NCBI GenBank assembly: GCA_030264375.1 | Contig: JASCQW010000162.1 | Coordinates: 40,638,090 to 40,702,089 of the forward strand | Length of the DNA stretch: 64,000 nt | Origin: Carcharhinus longimanus | Taxonomy: Eukaryota | Direction of reading: 5' to 3' | Shown here: one piece after another, positions 25,326 to 37,410 of the stretch | Numbering within the stretch: the first letter of the stretch is position 1 | Layout: every line of letters starts with the position of its first letter | Made by a program: the position numbers and the translations under genes | Notes under the pieces: generated by a model | Seen by the model: the letters and a program-made list of their open reading frames with translations, nothing else | Told to the model about the DNA's origin: nothing | The model's database searches: none

Positions 25326-27748
25326 CTTAGAAAAAAGTACAAATCTTAAGCACTGAATGTTAACTTGTATCGCAACAAACTACTGGGTTGTCACATATTT
25401 TTCNNNNNNNNNNGGACTTTGACAAGATACCACATGGTAGGTTTTTTCATAAGGTTAAATTTTAGTCCTGAAATTGAAAAAGTAGATTTCATAGCCTATT
25501 TACTTATCACGTTTCTTAATAGCACAATCTCAGAAATAATAACTCATTTTAAGGGCCAAAAAACAATTATATAGCACTTATTTCCCTTATTCGTATTAGC
25601 ATTGATTGTGAAGTTTAACAAGCCCAGTTCATTTTCATAAATTTGTGTATACCATTCGTCATAAAAGCAGGAGCCAGTTATATATTCTTTCTTCATCATA
25701 CCCCATCCCACCCCTATTACCTATTCTTTCTGTACTTTAGGATATATTTGACTTACAAACCTTATTAGTTTTTTAAAAATTGGAATGAATAAATGAAGAC
25801 CAGTTAGAATATTGGGACAGCTGTTTTCAACTGGCCACATACAAATCTGTCAGAAACTGTGCGTTATTTATTTAATCTGCTGCAAAAGTTAAATTGTGGA
25901 AAGCTTCATGGGAGCTATATTTCTGACATTTCTTCTTGATCTTTGGAGGCAATTGAGCAAAACTCTACATAGCAATTAAAAACTATGTTATTCAACCACA
26001 GCCAATGTACTTTAACTTTTTGTTAAAATATAAAAACCTATGCAGCAGAACTTACAATGCTTCTCACAAATTCTTAATCTTCAGTATTGTTCCTCCTAAA
26101 TTTTAACTACAATTGGATAAAATTAAAAATAAGAGGCTACATCCACATTAGAGACAATCTGAACAGATAAGGCACGTGGATATACAAATCTTGTCAAATC
26201 ACTCCTGTATAAAATGCCTCATTATTTTAGTATTTCCATACTAACCTCAATAAATTCAAAAATGGGGAAATGGTGATGTACTTGTAATATCACTGGATGA
26301 GTAATTCAGTGTCCTGGCTAATGCCTGGTGTATTCAAATCTCACCAAATAATCCTAAATTCAATTAATAAATTCAACTGATTACTAAAACAACATCTGGA
26401 ATTGAAAGCTAGTCTCAGTAATGCTGCCATGGAGCTTTTGTAATTGTCATTAAAGCCCATCTGATTCACTAGTGTCCTTTAGGAAAGGAACTCTGCCATT
26501 CTTATCTGATCTGACCTACATGTGACTTTGGGCCCACAGCAATGTAGCTGATTTTTACCTTCCCTCTGAAATGGACTATCAAGCCATTTAGTTGTGCCAA
26601 GTCACTACAGTAAAGTCAAAAAGGAAAACTGATGGACCCAGCACAGGCATTAGTGCAGTGGTATTCATCACATGGAGTTGGTCTTGGGAGTCCTCAACAT
26701 TGAATCCAGACCCCATGAGATCTCATGGCATCAAGCCATACATGGCCAATGCTATTGATTATCACTTACCACCCTTCCTTTGTTGCTGAATCAGCACTCT
26801 TGTGTATTGAACACCACTTTGGAGAAGCACTGATGGTGGCAAGGGCACAGGTGCCCTCTGGGTGGGGGATTTCACTAAAAGTGGCTTGGTAATACCAGTA
26901 TTGACTGAGCCCTGAAGGGCATATCTGCCAGAAAGAGTTTGCAGCAGCGTGTGAGGAAACAAACAAGAGGAAAAACTGACACGACAATACCCTTAACGGT
27001 TTAGCTGTCACTGATGCATCATCTATGATAATATAGGTAGGACTGACCACCATTCTCCTTCAAATCTTATCCTCGCACTGAGCACGCTCTCCATCATGTT
27101 GAATGGCAACGCCACATGCTAAACAGGAAAATTTCAGCACTGCCAAAACTGGGCACAATGAGGTGCTGTGGGCCATCCGCAGGAGCAGAATCGTATTCGA
27201 ACATAATCTTCAACTTTATGGCCTAACATATCCCTCACCTAACATATACCAACAAGTTAAGGGATCAATCCGGATTCAATTGTGCAGGAGGCATGTTGAA
27301 AGCAGCACCAGGCATATCCCCTGCTAAACTCTGGTTTCACCATCAAACGCAGAAGCTCTGCCAAGCAGTCAGAAGTAGTGTGTACCCTCGTGGTAGAGCC
27401 TTCTCCATGCTTTGCCAGGGTTGGAGAGGCAGCTGAAAGGAGGTGGAAGTTGGATCAAAATTTAGAGAGCTGGATTCCATAATCCAAAAATCAGAATTCT
27501 GCCAAATGCCAGAAAGGTCTCAACCTGTATATTGCCAATCATTCACTGTTGCAGGGTTGAAATCTTGGAACTCTCTTCCTAACAACACAATGAATTCGTC
27601 AGCATCAGATAGACCTCAGTGGTTCAAGGCAGCAGCTGATCATGACTTTCTCAAGGACAATAAAGGGATGGGCAACAAATTTCTGGTCTTCCCAGAATCC
27701 CACAAAACAATAAAAAAAGCCTTTATGATTTATTGTTCTAAGAACTAC

Positions 27749-27861
27749 CTGGTCATAAGCTGCGCCTGCAGAAGCTGCTGACACTGTATCTGCTGCATTT
27801 GATATAAATTCAAAGTAGCCAGTTCCTGCTGCCTTTTCAATCTTTCCTGATCCAGGTCACC
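27749..27861 (-). CDS. GIGYF2: GIGYF2 coding exon H (113 nt, phase 0 to 2)
   Basis: tgtttccag|GGT GAC CTG ... ATG ACC AG|gtagtt. Encodes GDLDQERLKRQQELATLNLYQMQQIQCQQLLQAQLMT. Confidence 0.93.
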
Positions 27862-28462
27862 CTGGAAACAAAACAGATGAGAATAAAATATGTGCAAAGG
27901 CGAAGCAAAGAAAGCAACAAAATATTTTTCATCAAGTACAAAAAATTTGATTTGGAGAATTTTGTAATCATAACTGGAAGTAAATTTACTTTCTCATCCC
28001 AATAACAGTACAAAACATTATTGATATGGTAAACCATCCAAGCTGTACTAAAAATGTAAAGTCTATATTTTTGAAATACCACATTGACTTACTGTACCAA
28101 TCCTAACATTATATCTTTTCATGAATCATTTAAGCTGAATTACAGCAACTTTGACTGAAGTGCAACTATCCTTTTAAGAAAGTCAAGTATTTTATCCACA
28201 TATTTTCCCTTTGGTTCATTTTTCATTAATTCAACAACCTGATCTTGAATGTAAAATTTAACCACATACAACTTATTGACTTATATACAACTTATATACA
28301 GCTTCATTGACTCTGGAAGTCTTCACATATGGGCACCATACTATGCAGCTGTGTTTAAAATATGTTCTATTCCATGGGTGCATGGCTGCAGCAATGTTTG
28401 ACCTGTTTTTTCAAAATTAGACATGCAACGTAGGCCATGAAAATTAAACGGCTGCCTGAAAT

Positions 28463-28555
28463 TGTGGAGATGCCGACGTTGGACTGGGGTAAATACAGTA
28501 AGAAGTCTCACAACACCAGGTTAAAGTCCAACAGGTTTATTTGATAGTAAACGCC
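28463..28555. mobile_element. Penelope-like terminal repeat running into an assembly gap
   Basis: tgtggagatgccgacgttggactggggtaaatacagtaagaagtctcacaacaccagg; same family as 10945-11197. Confidence 0.7.
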
Positions 28556-28679
28556 NNNNNNNNNNNNNNNNNNNNNNNNNNNNNNNNNNNNNNNNNNNNN
28601 NNNNNNNNNNNNNNNNNNNNNNNNNNNNNNNNNNNNNNNNNNNNNNNNNNNNNNNGTAATTTTCTATGGTATGGTTCTA

Positions 28680-29002
28680 AGTGGACTCAAGAGTTCGAGG
28701 GGAAAGGAGTGTGGTAACATGGCCCTTTAAGGGGCGATCCTGTGTGTGCCACGTGATCGGGTCGGACCTCTTGGAGCGGAGGTACGGGAAGCTGGGCCAA
28801 CCGGGAGCAAGGTGCAAATCTTGGGACTGGGAGGTCCTCAGCTGGAATGGAAGAGAGCGGACCTGTGCGTATTGGGGGGAATTTTCCCATCGCGCCTGCC
28901 ACGGGAATCATAGCAGGCGGTGGGCGGACCCTGCAAAGATCTGTTGACCTCGGGAGGGATTTTCCAATTTTTGGGGCAAGCATGGCCTGAAAATCCCATC
29001 CT
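28680..29002. mobile_element. GC-rich non-autonomous DNA-transposon (MITE-like) end
   Basis: CpG-rich block ending gaaaatcccatcc, with internal ggattttcc/gggaattttccc motifs. A related end (gggagaattctgccc) lies at 32726-32740. Confidence 0.45.
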
Positions 29003-29439
29003 TAGTGTGGAAACAGTTATTATAGTTTTACAAACCATTCTTGCTGTTGGAGCCATATCGAACCACCTCCAATCTTTTACAATGCCCAAATGTATTAAAT
29101 TTGCAATATTATTGATATCATTAATAGGATGAATGAAGCCAATTACCAACATAAAGTCTAGCTTCAAATTGGTGCCTTTGATAACTAACAACATAATAAA
29201 ATACTTGCTTGCTGCATCACAGCACAAACATTATAATGAGCTTTCAACAACAAAACTCTTATTAGTTTATCCTCTGCACTGTTGTGCTCATACAGTTGAA
29301 ATTAAACTTTCCATCCTACATTTTATATGCAACATAAGTTGTTTATGAAAACATGCAAAAGATTTATATGATGATGCAGTAAGTGACAGAAATCAGGCAG
29401 AGTGGGAGTTAGGAACCAGAATTAGAATTGAGTGTTTTG

Positions 29440-29990
29440 TTTTGCTGCATTCAGATACTGCACTATTGTTGTTCCCAAACCAGGCCAGGACTCTTGGGTC
29501 AACCACTCAGGATACTCAGAGAGTGTTTACTTGCTCTGAATCCCTCCAGCCTGTAACTCCTTCCAAACCATCCTCTGTCACGGCAGAGAGAGCAGCTGGC
29601 CCACCAGTGGAAAGCCAAAGTAATCCAGGGTCCTCAAGGTCCCAGCTAATCAGAGGATGGCCACTGAAATCATCAAAGGCAAGAGGACCAACAACTCTAC
29701 AGGCTGCTCCCACCCCTGTTGTGGATGCCAGTAGTTGAACACATAAAATCAAGAAACTTTGTTTGCAAGAGGTTGCACAGGTGAACAATGTCACTGTATT
29801 ATCTGCAAGTACATTCGCTGTCACTAAATAATATTTAGTGTCGTCTTTCATCATCATTCAGCTCCACTCAGACACATCATGTGATGCAAGTGATTCTGGA
29901 AGGAGAAGTGTCTGTGGCAAGGTTTTTCATAACCTCATGCAAGCACTCCCCTGTGATTGCAGATCCTTCATCCATCACACTCACCTAAAA
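29440..29990. mobile_element. Probable PIF/Harbinger transposon internal relic
   Basis: The + strand peptide SNPGSSRSQLIRGWPLKSSKARG...AAPTPVVDA resembles the low-complexity C-terminus of Harbinger Myb/SANT-like ORFs. Recognition from memory only. Confidence 0.35.
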
Positions 29991-30630
29991 TAGAAGCATG
30001 GAATGGTTCCAACACAGAATGAAGCCATTCAGCCCATTGTATCTATGTTGACTCTCAGAAAGAGCAACTCATGCCGTCCCACTCCAACACGTTTTCCTCC
30101 AAAGACCTGCAGGGTTTTTTATCTTCAGATAATTATCCAATTCTTTTTCAAAGGCTTTGAAGAATCTACCTCCACCACACTCATGTCACCATTTTGCCAA
30201 TCTCCTTAAACTGGCGCCCTCTGCTTTTTGATCCTTCTGTTAATGGCAACAGTTTTCCCGATTGACTGTGTACAGATGCCTCAGAATTTTAAGCACCTCA
30301 ATCAAATCTTCTCTTCTCCAAAGTGGACAGCCCCACCCTTTCCAATCTCTCACATAATCGAATGAGTGTCCCAAGCCATCACATTCTCACCCTCCCACTC
30401 TACCAACTCCCTCTGCCCCCTCTCACACTCACCATTCCATCCTACCATGCTCACCATGAGTTCATTCTTCAGGTGTCAGTATAAGGAGTGGCGAGGGTGG
30501 TTGGTGAGGACACAGATAAACACAGACAAAGGGGTGGGAAGCAGGAGACGGGGAGGTCAATGTGGATGGAGGTAGGGTTTTCAAGCAGGAAAGGTAAACT
30601 TTCATCTCCTCTGCAAGTGTAAACACCTAA

Positions 30631-30905
30631 GAATTATAGAATCCTACAGTGTAGAAAAGGCCATTCAGCCCATCAAGTCTGCACCAACTTTTTGACAGAG
30701 TATCTTACCCAGGCCTTCTCCTCTGCCGTACCCCCATATCCTCACACATGGCTAATCCACCTAGCCTGCACATCTTTAGATTGTGGGAGGAAACCGGAGG
30801 AATCCCATGCAGACATGGAGAGACCGTGCAAACTCTAGGCAGAAAGTGACCCAAGGCCAGAATTGAACCCGCACCCTTGGAGCTGTGAGGCGGCAGTGTG
30901 CCACA
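30631..30905 (-). mobile_element. HE1-like tRNA-derived shark SINE
   Basis: Reverse complement of the 40811-41080 copy (A/B-box head ...gctgtgaggcggcagtg; tail atagaatcc). A head fragment also lies at 32212-32324 (-). Confidence 0.85.
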
Positions 30906-32041
30906 TTTGCAAAAGGAGATGAAAGCTAGCAGCTATAAATCTAAGGTAATCAACAATAAGTCCAATTGGGGATGAGGAGAAACCTCTTTATTCAAAGCGC
31001 AGTAAAATGTGGAATATCTTGAGAGGAAAATGATATATATGTATATATTTAAAAGGAAGCTAGATAGACATTAGAATGGAAGAGCAGTCTCTGCTGACAG
31101 TATTAGATGTTGCCTCCTGGTTCCTTCCCTCTCTGAAAAGCACATAAGGTGATTTCCATCAGCAGTGGTAAAACACTGTTTTGTATTTTAAACACCTCTT
31201 AGCTGGAGATGGTGCACCCGTGTTCAAAGCATTATTAAGCTGTCTCTTCTACTGTTTTCATAATAAAGTGTAGGACACATGATGTTTTTTTCTGTAAAAA
31301 CTGTATCCTGTTCATTCATGCATTTTACATAAAATACATCAACTGTTAGCTTGAAGCTGTGTCTTGTTTTGACGGCCTTTCAGTCTTTTGCAAAGATGAT
31401 AGAATTCACATGGTAGCCTGTGCAAATATTTGAGTATCTGTTATAGAGTAAGGATTCTCTGTTACTAACCCCAAGTCACACTACCGTTTAGCAAGGTATT
31501 CAACAGTGAGGAAGAAAGTATTGCATTTGTGTAGCAACTTTGACAACTATGTAAAACAACACAATTCTGAATAGTAGTCACTGGGGTAATATTACATGAC
31601 AGCCAATTTATGCACATCAAGATCCCACCAACAGCAATATGATAATTACCAGATAACTTATTTTAATGTTATTGCAGGAGGAATGTTGGCCAAGGACACT
31701 GGGGAGTACTTCCCTGCGAGTCTTTGAAATATTATCTGAAAGAGCAGATGCAGGGTTGGCATAATGTTTCATCTGAAAGTTGGCATTTCTGATCACAGCA
31801 ATGCCTCAGTTCTCCACTGGGATGTAAGCCTATACTGTTCAGATCACATCTCTACACTACGACCTGAATCTACAGTGTTCTGACTCAGGGGCACTGAGCT
31901 GACAATTGGTTTTGGTATGTGCGTGGTTACTTACTTGAAATGGCCAGTGGCACCAAACACAACACAGTGTCTAGAGTAAAAGGCAGAAAATGGTGACAAT
32001 TATGTCGGGATGCATCATTCCAGTGTGGAACCTGTATGTGA

Positions 32042-32196
32042 CCTCACTCATCTTTGGCCTGTGCTCCCTCAGAGATCCTAGGTTTCTACTAGGTACATTG
32101 GTGAACATCTTTCCATGAAAGCGGAGGCAGCTACTGGCAATGTACCCAGTAGAAACCTAGAATCTCCGAATGAGCAAAGGCCAAAGATGAGTGAGG
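32042..32196. repeat. 59-bp imperfect inverted repeat with a 37-nt spacer
   Basis: Arm 32042-32100 matches the reverse complement of 32138-32196 at 53 of 59 positions with no gaps. Confidence 0.95.
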
Positions 32197-32967
32197 ATGG
32201 ATGAGGGTTATAGACATGAGGAGGATGTGCGAACTCCACACATACACAGTCACCCAAGGCCAGAATTGAACCCGGGTCCCTGCTGTGAGGCAGCAATGCT
32301 AATCACTGTGACACCGTGCTGCCCTTGAAGAGGGGCATATTGGGGGTGTCAGGGGGACTCATTAGGAGGGCCCCAATGCTGGCTCCTGTGTCAGGGTGGG
32401 GGTGGGGGTGGGGGAAAATGCTGCCGATTGGGAGTTGTTGTGATGCCTGGGGTGGGTTGGGGGGGCCTNNNNNNNNNNGGGGGGGGGGGGGGGGGGGGCC
32501 CCTCCCAGTGTACGGTGAGGTTGGGCACCCTTGCGAAATGGTGCCTGAGTGCTTGAGGATAGGCTCACCAAAGTGTTTAGCACCCGCCCTCCCCTCACCG
32601 CCCTGTGCTAGCAAAATTCCCAACTCCCTAATAACATGACTGAGTGTGAGAGAGGATTGTAGTGCAGAATTTGCCTGACGGACTGGCGTGGATTGCTCCT
32701 GTTTCCTCACCATTATGAATTTTTGGGAGAATTCTGCCCAATGTTTGTCAATTGGTTCACCAGTGAGTATAACTGGCGTCCCACTGCCAGCAGCTGGGCA
32801 TCCTGTGTCAGCCCTTTCTGCCTCTGTCTTAACAGGGGGGCTGGGTGGAGGTGGATGGTTCTGCCACCACCAAAAAACTGATGCGGGACCTCTCCTACAA
32901 TTAAAGGGGCCCAGCCAGTAGGGTTCCCACTGTCATGGGCAGGTTTAAATTTTGTCCATCTATGCAG

Positions 32968-33105
32968 CAAAAAGCAAAATACTGCGGATGCTGTAAAGCT
33001 GAAATAAAAATAGAAAATTCTGAAAAGACTCAGCAAGCCTGGCAACATCTGCTGAGGGAGAAACAGAGTTAATGTTCTGAGTCTGTTTAACTCTTCTTCA
33101 GAGCT
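32968..33105 (-). mobile_element. Penelope-like terminal repeat (second family) with a degenerate hammerhead core
   Basis: Minus strand reads ctgaagaagagttaaacagactcagaacattaactctgtttctc...cagcatccgcagtatttgctttt. Related copies at 59431-59550, 38625-38715, 46950-47030 and 21070-21110. Confidence 0.6.
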
Positions 33106-34269
33106 TTTAGGCAAATTGATATGATGGAAAAGTCAGCAGAAACTGCATTAGGTGATTTAATTTCCAGTTGAATGAACAAGCATTTATCGGGAACTGGAAC
33201 ACACACGTTTATTATAATACCCATGCAATTCATTTCTTTTGTCTAGCCTAACTTTGATTCTCAGCGATTTTGTACCCATTTGCAATATTAGTTTTTGATG
33301 TGGCAACAAGTGCAGTCTGCTAACTTCAGGACAGATATTATTAAGAATTCATATCAGGTTATGTTTTGATACATCAACATGCATATTGAGTAACGTAACT
33401 GCGCTGTAGTGCTATAGAAAATGCAAAACAACATTCAAAACAGCTAAGACCAAAGATACCTGTGGTGTTAATTGTTTGGTGTGCATGTATTTTAAGATCC
33501 TCAATGTTTAGCTGCATTATGATGATTGAAATTAATTCTCTGTTTAAGAGACCAAGTTCAAATAGTATCTTATGTTTCCTTTTCCATGTCCCTTAAAGTT
33601 AAATATCTGGCAGTGTGCTGTATTATTTTCTAGTTGCTCTTACTTAATTCTCCCTGGAACTCTTTGCATAACCTTCAGGTAGACTGTTCATTCAAAGTCT
33701 TACGGGTTTGAATTATTATTGTCCTTGGCCTTTCTTACAAAATCAAATCCTAATAAATAGAGTGTGTCCTGGAAATTCAGTATCAGATTTCCATCTTAAA
33801 CCACCAGGGAGTTGTACATCACTTGAGCAGAATAAAGAAAGGAAAATCTGCAGGGAGGATTGCGCACTGAGAACAGGACCTACTAGATCTGTTTTCATTA
33901 ATTTAAAAGAAAGAAAATGAGGCAGGCTCCATGTCAGAACTTTTCATCTTCTGGGCCAGATTCTTCTTTCTGCACTTGCCCAAATGATATTAACATCCAG
34001 GTGATAAAGAACAAAATTGCCTCCGTGTTCAGTCATTTCCAGGTTACCAATTATTTAGTTTTTTAATATGAAATCCAACATTTAACCTAACACCCTATTC
34101 CACATGCTGTGTTAACAGGCAGTCACATCTATTACTTCAATGCAATCATGCTTGCAGCTTTGCTTTTCAATTTTTCTGTTTCTAATTGTTGTGTGTGAAA
34201 TTCAAATATCTGTCAATGATGCTAATGACTTCCTTTATACCCCTACACTTCATATTTGCTACTGACCCC

Positions 34270-34565
34270 ACATACCCCAGACATTCTCTCTTTGACCTTC
34301 TTCAGTCAGGAAAAAGATACAAAAGTCTGAGGTCACGTACCACCTGATTCAAAAACAGCTTCTTCCCTGCTGCCATCAGACTTTTGAATGGACCTACCTT
34401 GCATTAAGTTGATCCTTCTCTACACCCTAGCTATGACTGTAACTCTACATTCCACACTCTCTTGTTTCCTTTTCTATGAATGGTACGCTCCGTCTGTATA
34501 GTGCACAAGAAACAATATTTTTCACAGTATACTAATACTTGTGACAAAGTAAATCAGATCAAACA
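34270..34565 (+). mobile_element. Rex1/Babar LINE 3' end
   Basis: Clearly homologous to 45200-45485; includes aaaacagcttcttccctgctgccatcagacttttgaatgg and a short-repeat tail. Confidence 0.7.
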
Positions 34566-34569
34566 ACTG

Positions 34570-37010
34570 GAAGCACTTTCTCTGTATCTACCCCTGTCAA
34601 CGATCCCATAAAACTTTAAAGACTTCTACGAGGTCATCCCTCAGCATTTTCTTTTCTACAGAAAAGAATCTCCAGTCTATCCAGCCTTCAAGTAAATCCT
34701 CTCAATTTTCGCAGTATCCTTATCAATCTTTTTGCCCCTTCTCTAGTTCCTCTAAATCCTTTTGCAAGAAAGAGACCAGAATAATACAGCAAGATTCAAT
34801 ATGAGCTTAACATATTCACTGTTTATATTCTTATTCGTACAGAAGTGAACCCTAGAGCTTGGTTGACATTTTTAACAAAATAATCTTAATGGCAAAGGAG
34901 GTTCACTACACCTTTTTCCCCCTCTTAAATCACTGATCCCTTTAAATGGGATTCATTTATGTAATTTTTTTTTGTTTCTTTTTAAAATTTCTCCAATTTC
35001 AGTTTTTTTTTGTGCTGGTTGAGAGGATGCAGAGAGATGCAAAGCGTCTCAAAGTGTAAAAATTAAATGGTTTTGAGTAGGTCATTTAGCAAGTTAAGTG
35101 ACAAAAGAAATTATACGGCTGATGTCTTCATAACTTGTCTTAGGGGTTGGCAGGACTGTCCTATGAGGAGATTAGTTTGACTGGAATTTAGGACAAAAGA
35201 AGATCTGACTGAAATATAAAAAATTCTAACAGGGCTAGACAGACTAAACAGTAGGAGAATCTTGAACCAGGGACAGAGTCTCGGGATATGGGATAGACCA
35301 TTTAGGACTGAAATAATGAAATATTTATTCACTCAAAGGGCAATGAACCTGTAGAATTCCTACTACAGGAGGCTGTGAAGACCAAGTCATTTAATGTATT
35401 CATGAAAGAGATAGCTTTTTGTTTGGATTTTAATGGCATCAAGGGCTATGGAGAGAAAGCAGGAATATGACATTGAGACAGACAATCACCATGATCATAC
35501 TGAATGGTGGAGCAAGTTCAAAGGCCCACCCTGCTCCTCGTTGCTATGTTTCTGATATGTGTTGATATTTTTATTGATTTGTGCACCTGTACCCCAGATC
35601 CTTTTTTTTTGCTACCCCATTTAGATTGTTGTCCAAGCATTATGTAATCTGTGCTCTTCCTACCAAAATATCAGAGATTAATTTGCTAATCACATGACCA
35701 TGTTTTACGTTTACCACTGTTTTCTGGTATTGTGCTTTGGTTTTGTAGTATTAACATTACCCCACGATCTGAACATTTTGAAATTGGAATCCCAAATCAA
35801 TTCCAGCAGCTAGCTTTGTGGAACAGCATTTTCCTCCCTTTGCCAGTCAACTTCAATTTTCCTTTCTGTCGCACGCTTACTACCCATTTTGCTACCTCTC
35901 GGGCTGTAATTGCATGTTTACTATGTTTTACTTTAGCAAAGCACTGTTGAAAATCCAAATATCTTACATCTATGCCATCACCGTTACCCTAGTATACTCT
36001 GTTGCTTCTTCAAAGAATTCAATAAGTTTTGTGAATCATGGCCTTTATACTGACTGCATGGGCTTGTATTTTTGGTTTTTCAATGTTTTTATTGCATATT
36101 TTAGTAAAATTACCATTTTTCCCACCAACAACGTTAAATCAGCTAGTCTACAAGTCCCTAGACTTATTCTATCTTTCTTTTCAAATATATGTATAAGATT
36201 ATCTGTTTATCAATCGCTGAAACTATTTCCTTTTCTACTGAATTTTTATATACAACAGCATATACCTCTTTCCAAAATTTCTTTTGATATGAGCGTGCAA
36301 TCCATTCTGACCAGAGTGTGCATCCTAAATTTGATTAGTTTATTCATTAGCACCCCCTCTATCTTAAATGTCATTTTTTTCTTCATCAAATGTCATTTGT
36401 TAATTTCCCTGGGAAATAATGAGGTAAAATAGAACATTTCTGTCATTCCTGTCATTAACTAAGTTATCATGTTTGGTCACCCTAACCTGTTTATTTTAGT
36501 GGCTGCAGACTGCTTACTTCTTTTTACATTCCTTGATAATTTAATTTATAGTTCCTTATTGTGTTAACTTTTTCTTTACCTCTTTCCTAACACTTTCATG
36601 TTCTCTTTCGTCATCATCTCTTTCATTCATGAGCTTAATGTGTGCCGTTTTCCTTCAGACCGTACCTCTTTATTCATCCATGATGTTTTGGCATTGACTA
36701 GTTTATCCTTGATTTATAGCGGGATTTTTTCTTGTATTCTAGGATCACCATTTAAAATATTTCCCACTCCTGCTCCTCTAGTCTACAAATACTATTTTCC
36801 AGTTCATCTTTCAAGTTCCATCTCATCTTCACAAAAGCAGTTTCTATCCCCGATTTTTTACTTTGTTCATCTCATTTTTGTCCTTTCCCATTTTCATCTT
36901 ATATCTTACAGTACTGTGATTGCCACTGCCCATGTCTCCCTGGGTTTACTTATCTGCTTTGCTTCATTCCTCAATACTAGATCCTCTTTTGTTGGGCTTC
37001 TTACATGCTG
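34570..37010. mobile_element. Old minus-strand CR1 remnants with a plus-strand CR1 3' end inserted at about 35100-35555
   Basis: Degenerate RT and 3' UTR motifs; the long T-rich + strand ORFs are antisense to the LINE. Confidence 0.6.
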
Positions 37011-37243
37011 GGTAAAAATGAAAATAATTGAGCAAAAATCAAATATTAACATCCTTACAAAATGTTATCCTATGGAGAACACATTTGCCAACATGTGCTT
37101 TGCAAATTCAAAGTTAGAGCCAAACAATACTTCTATTCCAATTCAATTTTAGTTTGCCTCATAAAACACTCTTATCATGCACATGTATTATCGTAAATGA
37201 TTACTTATGTATTTCTCATTGGAGCTTATGTAAATGTTCTTAC

Positions 37244-37410
37244 CAGCAATGGAGGAGGAGAGGGTCCTGGAGCAAAAGGTACCCTGCCCCACATCTTAAT
37301 GACCTCTCCCAAAGGCTGGAAGCCCTCATCACAGCCTCTCTTTACGAATAAAGACATGGTGAAGTAGCCTGCCTGGAACCATTCTGCCATTTCTTGGTTA
37401 GTGAAAGGCC
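37244..37410 (-). CDS. GIGYF2: GIGYF2 coding exon G (167 nt, phase 1 to 0), GYF domain core
   Basis: cactccag|GG CCT TTC ... CCA TTG CTG|gtaaga. Encodes GPFTNQEMAEWFQAGYFTMSLFVKRGCDEGFQPLGEVIKMWGRVPFAPGPSPPPLL (GPF-x4-M-x2-W-x3-GYF signature). Confidence 0.98.

Noticed and set aside
32303-32713. GC-rich ORFs and G-runs (possible G-quadruplex)
   Set aside because: They overlap a SINE head, a MITE-like repeat and an N gap in a poly-G run, so the sequence is unreliable and repeat-derived.
35818-37152. Long + strand ORFs (204 aa and 184 aa) rich in F/L/I/S
   Set aside because: Antisense reading of an A-rich decayed CR1; no recognisable domain.
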